DNA of 63,171 nucleotides, counting the filler, from Aduncisulcus paluster (Eukaryota), in NCBI GenBank assembly GCA_024181965.1. It is 26 parts of 26 records of this genome, joined end to end, with 100 filler letters (N's around TTAATTAATTAA, not from the genome) between each part and the next. Parts side by side here need not be neighbours in the genome. Positions count along the whole stretch, not along the records: positions 24,544 to 26,181 come from BQXS01012141.1; positions 26,282 to 32,120 come from BQXS01012142.1; positions 32,221 to 33,466 come from BQXS01012143.1; positions 33,567 to 35,323 come from BQXS01012144.1; positions 35,424 to 36,736 come from BQXS01012145.1; 21 more parts are not named here. One strand, written 5' to 3'. How positions within the stretch are numbered: the stretch's first letter is position 1; the number at the start of each line of letters is the position of its first letter. Below the pieces are notes generated by a model. It had not been told where the DNA came from. It saw nothing but the letters and a program-made list of their open reading frames with translations, and did not search any database. A program made the translations under genes and the position numbers. Shown here one piece after another: positions 24,544-35,424 of the stretch.

Positions 24544-25504
24544 GTTCAGAGTCTTTCACTGCAGATACATCAGACGTTGCAGATTCACCTTTCCATTTAG
24601 GGTTCATTTTTCTCCGCTTCTCTCTGGCGATTCGTTTCTCGTCCCTTCTCTCTTTTTTTGTTTTACGATCACTAATAGCACAAAGATCTTGACGATACAC
24701 ACAACCACACCCGACACACTGGCCAAGAAGACCATTCCTTAATACCACACTTCTGACACCAGCGCTGCAGTCAAACACACGTATATAGACACGAAGATAG
24801 TGAGCATGGAAGAAGGAGAGGATGGGAACGCACAGACGTCCGGCTCTAGCTCCAGTAGAAACAATACTGTGGATGCAGAGACGAATGGCTTGTTCATGAC
24901 AAAATGGAGTTTTCAAGGGAACTCCTCCATACCTACGGTAACAAACATCAACTTGATTTCCACAAAGAACAAGCAAATCCGTACAAGTGATACAGAGTAA
25001 ACCACCATCACATACTGCACGAATGGCACAATCGAGAAACATTGCAGGGGATCCATAGGGATCTAGATCAATAATTGCGGGTCTTTCATTGTTTGGAAGG
25101 GTTGAAAAATGATTCATAACATGAATAGCATTCCCAAGATTACCACGGATCGAATGTTTGATTCTCGATTTGTTGTGCTCAATATTCTTATTAATCAGAT
25201 CATAGGCATCAGTGGACAAATCGTTGGCAACAAACTCTGAAGGGATTTCCTCGGGTACTTCACATGCATAACGAATAGTGCGTAAACCACTGGCAGCCAA
25301 CCCTTCAAAGAATAAAAGTTTCTTAGGAAAATCTTTTCTTAGCAATCCACGCCTTTTTTCTTCTTGAATAAGCTTCCAATATGCAACAATAACGAACAAA
25401 GTAGTATCTCTGTTAAAGATTTGAGTAGGATTAAAGAACACCCCATTGTTATTTGGTAACAATATATGAGCCTCACCTTCAATCTCTTCTTTGAACTCAC
25501 TCAT
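24544..25504 (-). CDS. TRM1: tRNA (guanine26-N2)-dimethyltransferase (3' partial)
   Basis: VFFNPTQIFNRD, EGLAASGLRTIRY, IDLDPYGSP, GGLLCITCTD, HYLRVY. Confidence 0.95.
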
Positions 25505-26281
25505 AACTCCACCGAGAAAACAAAGAATAGCGAGCTCTCTATTATTTACGTAATTATCTCCATTATAAGCATGGAAATAATACTTATCTAAATTCATTCA
25601 ATCATTTTTCAATATTCTAAATCGGTAAAATCTTCTGAATATTGTATTCTCGAATGAAGTTTGTGGGATGAATTTTTTTTGCGACTATGTCGCACTGCGA
25701 CTTTTTCAATATTCTAAAAACGTTAAAATTAATATCCTATGATACCCTTATTCATTTATTATTTTTATCTGCTTGCTTAATAGAGCCATGGAGATGAAAA
25801 TTAAATTTATTCTTCCAAATGCCTCCTTTTGCCAATGATGTATCCCTCTGGCATAGTAAATACGGTTGGACACAATCCTGATTTGCCCAATACTAAGAGA
25901 TTCATCGCGGATTGATAACAATATCTCTAAGAGTTGTTTCTCCTTATAAATACCTGAGCCTACCAAAGTACAAGGCTAGTACGAAGCTACTGAGTAAATA
26001 TACAGTTTTTGTTTCACATATACAAATTTTTTCCCCGTTCTGTCGCCAAAATCTCTTCTTCAAGAAATAGTTTTTCTTAGATCTAAAATGAGTATGTTTC
26101 ATTATTATTAATTGTTTTCATTTAAGTTTAATTCTATATAACATTTATTAATAATTTTCTGCTATATTCTATTAATATATANNNNNNNNNNNNNNNNNNN
26201 NNNNNNNNNNNNNNNNNNNNNNNNNTTAATTAATTAANNNNNNNNNNNNNNNNNNNNNNNNNNNNNNNNNNNNNNNNNNNN

Positions 26282-26824
26282 GCAAGCTCTTTCATATTAA
26301 TTCCGCTTCTCAGCCACCTTAATGACCATAACAGAGAATCTCGTGGTGTCAATTTGGCTCTTCTGCCTCGTCTTGAAGGCATAAAGCAATCGGAACAGTT
26401 ACCTTCAATGTACCCGTATTCTGCACGGTTAACGCCAAAAAAGAACTTAAAATCTTCATCATTTGCTTCCATATAAGCTTCTCGAATGTATATACACTTA
26501 CATCCATGTTGGCTGCGTCGGCTTTGGGGTTCTAAGGGATGTGTCATCAAATGATCCATATGATCAACAATCTCAGCATCTTGTATCGCTTGAGAAGCCC
26601 TTTCTAAATCCAATGATGCTCTAAATGACATCGATTTGCTGTACAAACCACCAATAAACTTTATTGCCGACCAATTTCAAAATTGCTGCGCAATTTCATT
26701 AATTCCCTAGCTATTTCGAAATTGGGGGTCAATTTCGAAATTGGTCGGCAATAAAGTTTATTCCTAACTAATAAAGTTTATTACCCTTTTATTTCGAAAT
26801 ACCCCCCCTATTCGGAAATTCCCC
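26282..26824 (-). mobile_element. PIF/Harbinger (IS5/ISL2EU-like) transposon left end and transposase N-terminus (ORF 26631 to 26282)
   Basis: FKFFFGVNRAEY..RGRRAKLTPRDSLLWSLRWLRSG resembles HTH_Tnp_4; minus-strand terminus GGGGAATTTCC next to TAA/TTA; subterminal palindromes. Confidence 0.7.
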
Positions 26825-26953
26825 TAATAATCAGCCAATTCTTTAATATTTCGCTAAATGAGAACACAAAAAACAAACATCAATATCATATTTAAATGGA
26901 TACTGTATTCATATATCTATTTATTAACCAATTTCTAAACAATCCAAAGGAGA

Positions 26954-27622
26954 TCAACCTTCATGCAAATCCTGAATTCCAAGTTCATCACGAATTTCGG
27001 GAATTGAAGGAACTGCTTCAAAGGTGAGAGAGTCTTCAATAGAATCAATTCTTGAAGATTCTTCCGTTTTTGTTGGGCTACTATGGGGATTTGATTCCTT
27101 GGAAAACACTTCCATACTAGGAGTTATCGGTGTTTCTACATCTATTGATCTAATAATGTCCGGATTCGAACCTGATTTATATGCACCCAATCCTTTTCTC
27201 TTTGAAACAATTTGACCAACTTTGGTTGTTCCAAGCCGCGATTTATACAAAACGGGATCAGCTCTTGCAGCAACATAAAGTTGGGCATGGGTGGAAAATA
27301 ACGGTTTATACACAGTTTTTTTGACAATTTTTTTCTGCGATGGATCAATAACATGGACGTAATACACTGGCAGAGGTGGGAATGAATATCCTTCTAATTT
27401 ATATACTATTTCAAATTCTGAAGATCGAGATTCCAATATTTTTGACATTGTAACATCAATTTCTTTCAATACTATTCTGGGATCAAGTCGTTGCAACGCT
27501 AAGAGGTTATGTTTGATTCGTCTAAAATGATGATAATCTAGAAAACTACAAAGAAATGATTGGATTTTAGCAGCAGCTTCTTTACGTTCTTCTTCATATT
27601 TGATAACAATATCTTTTTGCAT
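26954..27622 (-). CDS. IQ-motif protein of the C11orf65/MFI family
   Basis: AAAKIQ..F..IK..L...DPRIVLKEID..YKLEGYSFPPLPVYY matches the family signature EPR.I...RLGG..FPP.IYY. Confidence 0.7.
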   Translation of the reverse strand: MQKDIVIKYEEERKEAAAKIQSFLCSFLDYHHFRRIKHNLLALQRLDPRIVLKEIDVTMSKILESRSSEFEIVYKLEGYSFPPLPVYYVHVIDPSQKKIVKKTVYKPLFSTHAQLYVAARADPVLYKSRLGTTKVGQIVSKRKGLGAYKSGSNPDIIRSIDVETPITPSMEVFSKESNPHSSPTKTEESSRIDSIEDSLTFEAVPSIPEIRDELGIQDLHEG

Positions 27623-27660
27623 TATTGTTAAACAAGAGAAAATAAGAAAAAAAATTCAAA

Positions 27661-27900
27661 ACTTACTTATCAAAAGGAAGTCTTTGTTTATTTCTTTTCG
27701 CACAAAGCAGAGGTTGCCGTCATATAAATAAAAAGGTGAGGGAATGAATATCCTGGGAATGGGTGGTCAGTCTTGCAGCAAGTGTTGTTTTGGACAGTAT
27801 CTTCTTTTCGAGGGGAAGAGTATATGCGATTTATTCGTTTCCTGCCCCAAATAGCACACGGCTGCAAATAAAATGAAGAGCAAGAATGGATAAGCCTGAA
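27661..27900 (+). ncRNA. Candidate structured non-coding RNA, identity unknown
   Basis: GC-richer island without an ORF; nested stems containing G-U pairs on the + strand. Confidence 0.35.
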
Positions 27901-28421
27901 GCTGGGAATAAAATATGATCAGAAAAGAGTACTACAATAATATATCATCAATCTTTCTTGTATAGAAATCAATATTCTATTTTAAAGAAATTTCTATTTT
28001 TAGATACTATTAACTAATTACCCTCCATTTCGAGACAAGGTATAATAATAATTTTTTATAATCCATGGGTTTATAAATCAGTATAATATGGTGATCTAAA
28101 TGGATAAAAAACTACACTAGAGGGTGTTGATTGTTGATTTGTGTTACATGTTCTACACAACAGATATTATGATGAAAAAAGAGATAGTGATAAATATTGA
28201 CATACTTCAAAACAAAATACAAAGGCAGGGAGAAAAGTTGAGAAAGAAAATAATTCTATATGTAGAAAATACACTGAAAAAAGGTAAAGCATTATATGTA
28301 GTCGTTTGAAGAGATGAAGAGAATACAATAAAATCAATAAATATATTTATATAAACCTTCAATCATCAAGAACATACAATGAAAAATTGAGTAATTTGTA
28401 AATGTGACATTCGTTATTCTC

Positions 28422-28458
28422 AAAAAAAAAAAAAAAAAAAAAAAGAATTATTATTATT

Positions 28459-28489
<31 letters not shown>
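28422..28489. repeat. poly(A)/(TTA)n/(AT)n compound microsatellite
   Basis: Directly visible. Confidence 0.9.
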
Positions 28490-28496
<7 letters not shown>

Positions 28497-28620
28497 GGAT
28501 AAGATTAATATTTGAGTTTTTTTTCGGATTAATTGTTTGCTTGTTTGCCGATTCTATTCTATGCATATCGCATCACTCTGACTGACATCTATACGAACAG
28601 TATACTAGACTAGACCATAC

Positions 28621-29985
28621 TTATTTGACCTCCCCAAAGAAGCCATATCCGTGGAAAGGATGAGAAGCACGTTGTCCAACACTTGTAACACCTCCTGGAC
28701 CCTGACACTGCCCTAAAAAGGACAAAATGGGCGATTGAGAGTCATTTAGAGAGGAGATTGACCCAGAAGTTGGTGTGCAAAGCGGAGGGAGGGCACCAGA
28801 AATAGGACTCAAAGGAATTGGAGTATGGACATGTTTGGAAGAGAAGCGAGATAATGCAGGTTTCAGAATATCATGGATTTCTTGTTTTTTCTCATCGATA
28901 GAGGAGGAAGAGGGAAAATGAATCACTGAATCCACCTCAGAAATGTCACGAATCGGAGAGAATTTCTTAAAGGAGGGGGGTCTTGAATCAAAGTGAGAAG
29001 AAATATCGTGGGATGGATTGGTATGATCGTGATCGACAAACGGTTGAAATACACTCCTTCGAGGCTGCGCTTCTTCACCACTGATTGAGAAATCAGCGAA
29101 CAATCCTTGTGTCGAATGGAGAAGATCCCTCGGAGGTTCGTCACAGCTTGACACTGCGCCAGAATTCATAGGAGAAGATCCTGGTCCATACAAATCCTTA
29201 TCAGATGTTCTTCTACGTCCAACAATCGATTCTTGCTCAAGCTCTACTTGTTCACGGATGTGCGGAAGATGGGATTTGGGAGACGTGGCCTCCATTTCTA
29301 CATGAGGGATGTCATCATGATGGAGATATGATGGTCCATTTATGGAAGGAAAGGACATGTCACATTGGATTGATGGAGGAAATGATGGGAGTTCATCTTG
29401 ATAGGAAGATGAGGGGTTTCCAGAGAACAACCCACCCATGGAGAGTCCCATAATTCCAGACTGAGAGAATGTAGGAACATATTGTTGCTGTGGCTCGTCC
29501 AAATATGATGAAATGGATGAATTAGAAGGAACGAAAGAGGATGGGAGGGCACCGTATTTGTATGATTCCTTTGAGAGCGGAACACCATCTCTTGACATGA
29601 AAGATCCGACCCATCCAGCCCATTCACGTTTTTGTTGCTCGAGTCGATGTAATCTTTCAGTGAAAGCTCTTGTACGATGACTGGTGGAAACAACATCATC
29701 ATCTTCACTTCCATGAAGAATTTTATATTGGGATCCATCAAAGATATATTTCTTTGACATTGAATATTTGAATCGTTTTTTCAATTCTTCCAAGACATCC
29801 ATGACGAAATCTTTTGATTTCTCGACCATTGAAGAGAGTTGCTCTACATGACTCGCCGGTATTTGAGATTTCACAATAAGGTGATTAAGATGATATATGA
29901 AATAAAATCTCAAAATAAAGAGTTTTTCACGATCAAGAGCACCCATATGCCCATGAAACACTTCAGAAGAAAAAGAATTATCCAT
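28621..29985 (-). CDS. Hypothetical Ser/Pro-rich protein
   Basis: Complete 454-aa ORF flanked by AT-rich DNA. Confidence 0.75.
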   Translation of the reverse strand: MDNSFSSEVFHGHMGALDREKLFILRFYFIYHLNHLIVKSQIPASHVEQLSSMVEKSKDFVMDVLEELKKRFKYSMSKKYIFDGSQYKILHGSEDDDVVSTSHRTRAFTERLHRLEQQKREWAGWVGSFMSRDGVPLSKESYKYGALPSSFVPSNSSISSYLDEPQQQYVPTFSQSGIMGLSMGGLFSGNPSSSYQDELPSFPPSIQCDMSFPSINGPSYLHHDDIPHVEMEATSPKSHLPHIREQVELEQESIVGRRRTSDKDLYGPGSSPMNSGAVSSCDEPPRDLLHSTQGLFADFSISGEEAQPRRSVFQPFVDHDHTNPSHDISSHFDSRPPSFKKFSPIRDISEVDSVIHFPSSSSIDEKKQEIHDILKPALSRFSSKHVHTPIPLSPISGALPPLCTPTSGSISSLNDSQSPILSFLGQCQGPGGVTSVGQRASHPFHGYGFFGEVK

Positions 29986-30793
29986 AATTCAGAGAACCTA
30001 AAATTAAACCAAACACAGGTTAATATTAGATAATTCAACTGCAAAACAAGCGAATTGAAACTAAAATAAACCCGCCAAAAATATTCTTGTCAAATGGGAG
30101 GATTGAGATGATCCCGGGTCATTTCAAAATATCACAGATAAATCGGAGAAAGTTTACACCAAATTAAGTATCAATAAATCAAATTAAAGTAAATAATATG
30201 ATCCATCATGAATAATAATGCCAAAACGACAAATTTCAATTCCTTGTTGTATTTCGAAAAATTAATTAGTTATAACATGTATAACTCTGATTAAAATACA
30301 CGTTTTCTTTAATCCTTCACGTTCCGAATATTTTATTTGATTATCTTGCCCAGAAAAATGATTCACTTCTTTTTGGAGCGATAAAGGAACTTATTCAATT
30401 TTATTACCTTTAATCTCTATTAGTTGATAATTTTCAATATAATTTATAATGTTTGATTCAACTTTTGTGTAATTTGAAGGTGATCGAGCGTATTGATCAT
30501 TTAGACGAATATCTTAAACACAAATGATTGGAAGTAATTAATCTTTTCCCTAAAACAATTCATTGTTCCAATTTACCATCGATTTAGTTCGTGCAGAATG
30601 TGTGAATGTTTAGATGAGAAGTTTCTATTTGTTGGTATATTCTCACTTTCTCGATCAATACTATTTACCACATAAATTCATGAAAGAATATTGTTCCCTA
30701 TCGTATCATTTGAGATTCTCAAATCCAATTAAACCGCGGCGCTCACTCCCTTTCCATTCCCGTTTATCCCAGCAACCTAAAAAGATAAATGAT

Positions 30794-31549
30794 ATGGAAT
30801 TATCACGAAAAATGTCAGAAGCTCAGTTGAGGAAATTTATTTCGATTTCTCATAAGATTGCCCCGGCCATTAAACAAATCCACAAACTTACAGTTGCTCG
30901 TCGAGTCCTTGAGTTCTCTAATGCAATGAAAAAGGCTGAATTCCGTGAAAAAATGGATTCCGCAACTGAAAGAAGAAAGTTTAATAACGAAAGAAGGAAA
31001 TCTCGATTCCTTGATCATCAGTTTAGGTGTGTCCAAGCAAGAAAACGCCGTCAAGAATTTATGAGACGGGAGAGAGCCCGTCACACAGCGTTTGCCACCC
31101 GTCACATCTTTGCTCACGAGCGTCGTATGAAAAGAATCCATGACATTATTAGTCAAGCTGCAACAACTGGCAGTCTTCTTGTTAGCAAAGCTGCCGTTAA
31201 CAAAGCAATTGGAGACCTTCAGGAAATGCGTCTCAGAAGAGAAAAGAGCCTTCGAATCTGTGAAAAAGAAGCCAAAGTTGCACGTAGACGTGAGATTATC
31301 CTTGATTCAATCCGTCAATGGGCACGTGAGGAAGACCAACGCTGCAAGATCGCACAAAAGCGGATTTCTCGTAGGAGGTACCATAAACTCCGTTCAATTC
31401 GTATGCGAAGAGAGGCAGTTGAAAAGAGAAAACAACGTTTCCTTCTACAAAAGATTTTAACAGCACAATCTTATCAACGCCATTGGTCTTCAATCCAATT
31501 CGAGGATGGAGATTTTGAAATTTCCAAATCTAGAAAGCCCAAGAAGTAA
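30794..31549 (+). CDS. Hypothetical Arg/Lys-rich coiled-coil protein (frame open from 30614)
   Basis: Long ORF with charged helical composition. Confidence 0.7.
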   Translation: MELSRKMSEAQLRKFISISHKIAPAIKQIHKLTVARRVLEFSNAMKKAEFREKMDSATERRKFNNERRKSRFLDHQFRCVQARKRRQEFMRRERARHTAFATRHIFAHERRMKRIHDIISQAATTGSLLVSKAAVNKAIGDLQEMRLRREKSLRICEKEAKVARRREIILDSIRQWAREEDQRCKIAQKRISRRRYHKLRSIRMRREAVEKRKQRFLLQKILTAQSYQRHWSSIQFEDGDFEISKSRKPKK

Positions 31550-31965
31550 TTTCGTACAAACTTTCCCTTTTCGTTATTTTAATTCAATTTTTAGTCAAAG
31601 ATTAGTTTTTTTTTCTGGTTGAACCTCTCTTTTACCGTTGCTGAGTGTACTTTCAATTTCTATCCCTCATTTGTGTGAGAAGTAAATCAACTCAAGGTAA
31701 TATGTCATTAACACACATTATAATGCTTAGAAACCTCAAAGATTGTTTCAATAACATCATAATTCACACTATTTAGATAGACTCGAGTGATAATCTTGCC
31801 AACTAAAATAGGACCGTACATAGTTTATAGGAAAAAAAATATTTGAGAATGAATTAACAATATTTATACATCAATTTGGCTGACCTAACTCTAGTTTCCA
31901 AGATATCAACAAAATCTTATAATTCATGTCTTTTGGGCTAGTCAACTTGATCACGACTAGTTTTA

Positions 31966-32120
31966 ATGCAAATTAAGCAAAATAGCTCCTATATTTCACC
32001 TTCTACAACTTCAGAATCTCATAAATTCAATATTCCAGTCACTATTCGACAATTACTTGGAACTGGAACATTTGGAAAGGTATATGAAGTGGAGAGTCAT
32101 GACAAACAAACATATGCATT
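31966..32120 (+). CDS. Protein kinase N-terminus (partial)
   Basis: Gly-rich loop LLGTGTFGKVYEV followed by TYA. Confidence 0.75.
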
Positions 32121-32659
32121 NNNNNNNNNNNNNNNNNNNNNNNNNNNNNNNNNNNNNNNNNNNNTTAATTAATTAANNNNNNNNNNNNNNNNNNNNNNNN
32201 NNNNNNNNNNNNNNNNNNNNTTGTCAAATTAAAAAGATAAAATTGTGTCAATAGATTACAGCGATAGAGTGGGGGGGAGAGACAAAGTGATACAATCGAT
32301 AAATGAAGAAGTATTAGAACAAAAATATATTGAAGAATTAACAGGGGCGTATATTAAATAAAAAATCTAAAACTTAAAAGATGGATAATATGTGTGAATG
32401 TGGCGAAAACGGACATTCTTTGAACACATTCGAAAAGAATATCTGCTAGTTGGTACTATGATCCCCATGTACCTCAATGCCGCTCTATGCTCAGGATCCT
32501 CAAGTAAGAACACATCAATATGTCATTTTATAAAACATGTCCAAGGATCTCAGAGATACACAATTCTATCATCTTCATCGTTCAAAGGATTCAATGGGGT
32601 CATGATTTACTATTTACTATCGGAAACGATAGGACATACATCTTGATATATAATCGAAC

Positions 32660-33178
32660 TCATTGATTTAAATTCATCCCTTTCCTAAGACCTCTCCCTT
32701 GAACACGGTTTTGCATCCATCTTTGATGCCTTCCAGAGCCGGACACACGACCACGGCCATCATGTGGACCAAACCCTTGTTCGGCGCCATGGCCCATGGA
32801 AAATCTGTGTCCATCCATAATTCCAAGATCCGCACGGCAGCCTGGTTTCATCCCGAGCCTTGAACAGAAAAGTTCGTCCTCTTCGTCTTCAAAGGAAAGG
32901 ATTTCAATATCATCATCATCTATCTTATGGACATAATCTGGGAATGAATCATCGGGATAGCCGTCACGCATTATGTGTTTGCGTGGTGTAGCTCCAATTT
33001 GTCCAGCATGACAACCTGGAGGAAGACCCAACTCCTCGCATGGGCAAGGAATGTCGTCTTCAACATCAATGGACATAACGGGTAATAATATCGTGGCAAG
33101 TACACATATTATTAAAATAGATGCAAAGAAAACAGCTTTTTGAGGCAGACGTAGAAAATTAGCAGGGAATAAACACAT
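32660..33178 (-). CDS. Hypothetical secreted or membrane-anchored small protein
   Basis: N-terminal hydrophobic segment; internal repeat CxxLGxxPGCxA twice. Confidence 0.6.
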   Translation of the reverse strand: MCLFPANFLRLPQKAVFFASILIICVLATILLPVMSIDVEDDIPCPCEELGLPPGCHAGQIGATPRKHIMRDGYPDDSFPDYVHKIDDDDIEILSFEDEEDELFCSRLGMKPGCRADLGIMDGHRFSMGHGAEQGFGPHDGRGRVSGSGRHQRWMQNRVQGRGLRKGMNLNQ

Positions 33179-33567
33179 TTATGGGGGTAGTAATGGATAT
33201 AATGAATATGGTCAATGGTAAATATGAATTACCAGAGGGACAAAATGGGATAATGGTGCCAAAAGATCAAATGTGAGGCAAAAATCAAACAAAAACAAAA
33301 ACACCCTGTCAGACGAGTGAGTTCTTCTCACTCAATGAGCGTTGGCAAGTTTACTTCTTGTAGACATATTATTGGGAAGTCACGGTCAGCGAATTAAACG
33401 AATTCTATTCTGTGCCAAGTGATAAATCATAGTTGGGAACGAGGAAGCTCTATGATTGGTATTGGCNNNNNNNNNNNNNNNNNNNNNNNNNNNNNNNNNN
33501 NNNNNNNNNNTTAATTAATTAANNNNNNNNNNNNNNNNNNNNNNNNNNNNNNNNNNNNNNNNNNNNA

Positions 33568-34319
33568 AGCTAAAGAAGCTGCCGATGTGCTATTCGAATT
33601 CTTCATGCAATACGGAATTCCAGAAGTAATTCGAAGCGACAATGGTTCCCAATTTGTGAATTCGATTTGGGAACATTTATTGAAATCACTACACCTGAAA
33701 CATCATAGAATTGTTGCTGGAAATCCACAATCAAATGGAATCATCGAAAGATCAAACCGAGAATTACTTAAATTCTTAAGAGGAATGATTGCAGGCGGAT
33801 TACCATCGGTGGAATGGGTTGATGCTCTCCCCAGTGTTCAATTTCTCATGAACACACAAGAACACTCTGCTTTGGGGATAACTCCCTTTGAATTGATGTT
33901 TGGACGGGAAACAACAAATTTATTTGACATCCTCCGAGAAAAACAAACCCATGACCTTAAATTAGGAAATAGAAAGTCGAAGGAATTAGCCAGACGTTAT
34001 TTAGATTATAGAAAAGAATTGATGGATGAATTGGTGGAAAAAGCGAGGAAGATACAGGAAAAATTTAAAAAGAATGAAGAACTGGAGCTGGTGATGGAGG
34101 GAGATGCCGTTTGGCTCGTCCCCAACAAAAAGAAGAAACTCTCAGCCAGATTACGGGGGCCATTTATTATAAAGAATGTATTTCCGCGGAACATGGCCAA
34201 CATTAGCTCATTAACTGATGATTCCACTCTTCGAGTACACTTACGACGGTTAGTTCCGGTGAAAGGGTCTCACTCAATGGAAGAACTTAGGTCTATGGCG
34301 GCGAGCATCACGGTTAACA
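33568..34319 (+). mobile_element. Ty3/Gypsy-type LTR-retrotransposon integrase (partial, interrupted)
   Basis: YGIPEVIRSDNGSQF, NPQSNGIIERSN, TPFELMFG, GPY/F motif KLSARLRGPF, VHLRRL. Confidence 0.9.
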
Positions 34320-35323
34320 CAGGCATCGCGAACCCAGGGGAGGCGTAAGCCTTAATATTATTTATTTATTTTGCTCCCCTTGTTGCTCCTTGTTTCCCCG
34401 GTGACCCCCCCTGTATTCCTGTTTCCTTTATTAAAAAAGGAGGGTCGAGTATAGGTCATTGTAAGTACCACGCTTCAGCGCCATCCAGGTCCCCAACGAT
34501 TTTTCTTTTTTTTGTTTTTCATTTTTTTATTTTCATAATTTAAGTTAAGTTTAATAGTAAAATAAAGGCAAATCACTTTCAGTCATTTTATTTTTCTTTT
34601 TCTTGCTCGTAGAATGCATTAAATAGCATTTCGATAATTAAATTAAGTAAATAAACGGATATAAACAATAAAGCAGATATGTTTTATTTTATCAGGTATA
34701 TATCAGGTATTACCACTGGTATTACCGTGGAAAATCCATACCTAATCATTAGTGGCAATGTCATTGACAATGCTCCGGGATTACCGGAGGAATACCACAG
34801 GTAATCCCGGAGAATTGATTCGCTGTGAAGAAAGAAAAAAGACATTTTAAAATTCATTAAAGATGACTTTGAGAAGAATATCCGCCTGGATTCCGAAGAG
34901 GGAGAACTTGTTTATCACTGTATACCTGTTATTTACAAATTGGATGCATGAAATCTGTTGCAGCACATCTAATTTCAAAACGTCACCACAATCCACCCAA
35001 GAAAGATATAAGGAAGAAAGAAGCAAATGGAATGAAAAGAAGATTCCGGAATTTGTGGTAAAGAAAGCTCTGGGTGCCGGAATAACTGTGTCGCAGCTCT
35101 GTCAATTTTATGACGAAGAAGTATATACGGAAATCCACTGTAGCGAATTCATCCCTCTAAAAAAAACATCATGCTATGATAGCTATCATAGAATACTTTA
35201 TGAAGGTGTTTGTGACATAAGACAGAAATATATCAAGGGTATATATTCAATTATTCTTGATAAAAGCGAACATCAAGGCAAGAACGTGTTGAGATGTTAT
35301 TTGATTCCAATAAATTTGCTAGC
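34320..35323 (+). mobile_element. hAT-like DNA transposon left end and transposase-like ORF (34863-35323, partial)
   Basis: Terminus CAGGCATCGCGAAC fits the hAT TIR pattern, preceded by GGTTAACA (NNNTANNN); ORF has EFVVKKALGAGI and YSIILDKSE, hAT/CGGBP1-like. Confidence 0.55.
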
Positions 35324-35424
35324 NNNNNNNNNNNNNNNNNNNNNNNNNNNNNNNNNNNNNNNNNNNNTTAATTAATTAANNNNNNNNNNNNNNNNNNNNN
35401 NNNNNNNNNNNNNNNNNNNNNNNC

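Noticed and set aside
27885..27920. Minus-strand AGGCTTATCCATT resembling vertebrate U1 stem-loop II
   Set aside because: No ACUUAC 5' end, U1A loop or Sm site on that strand; likely chance
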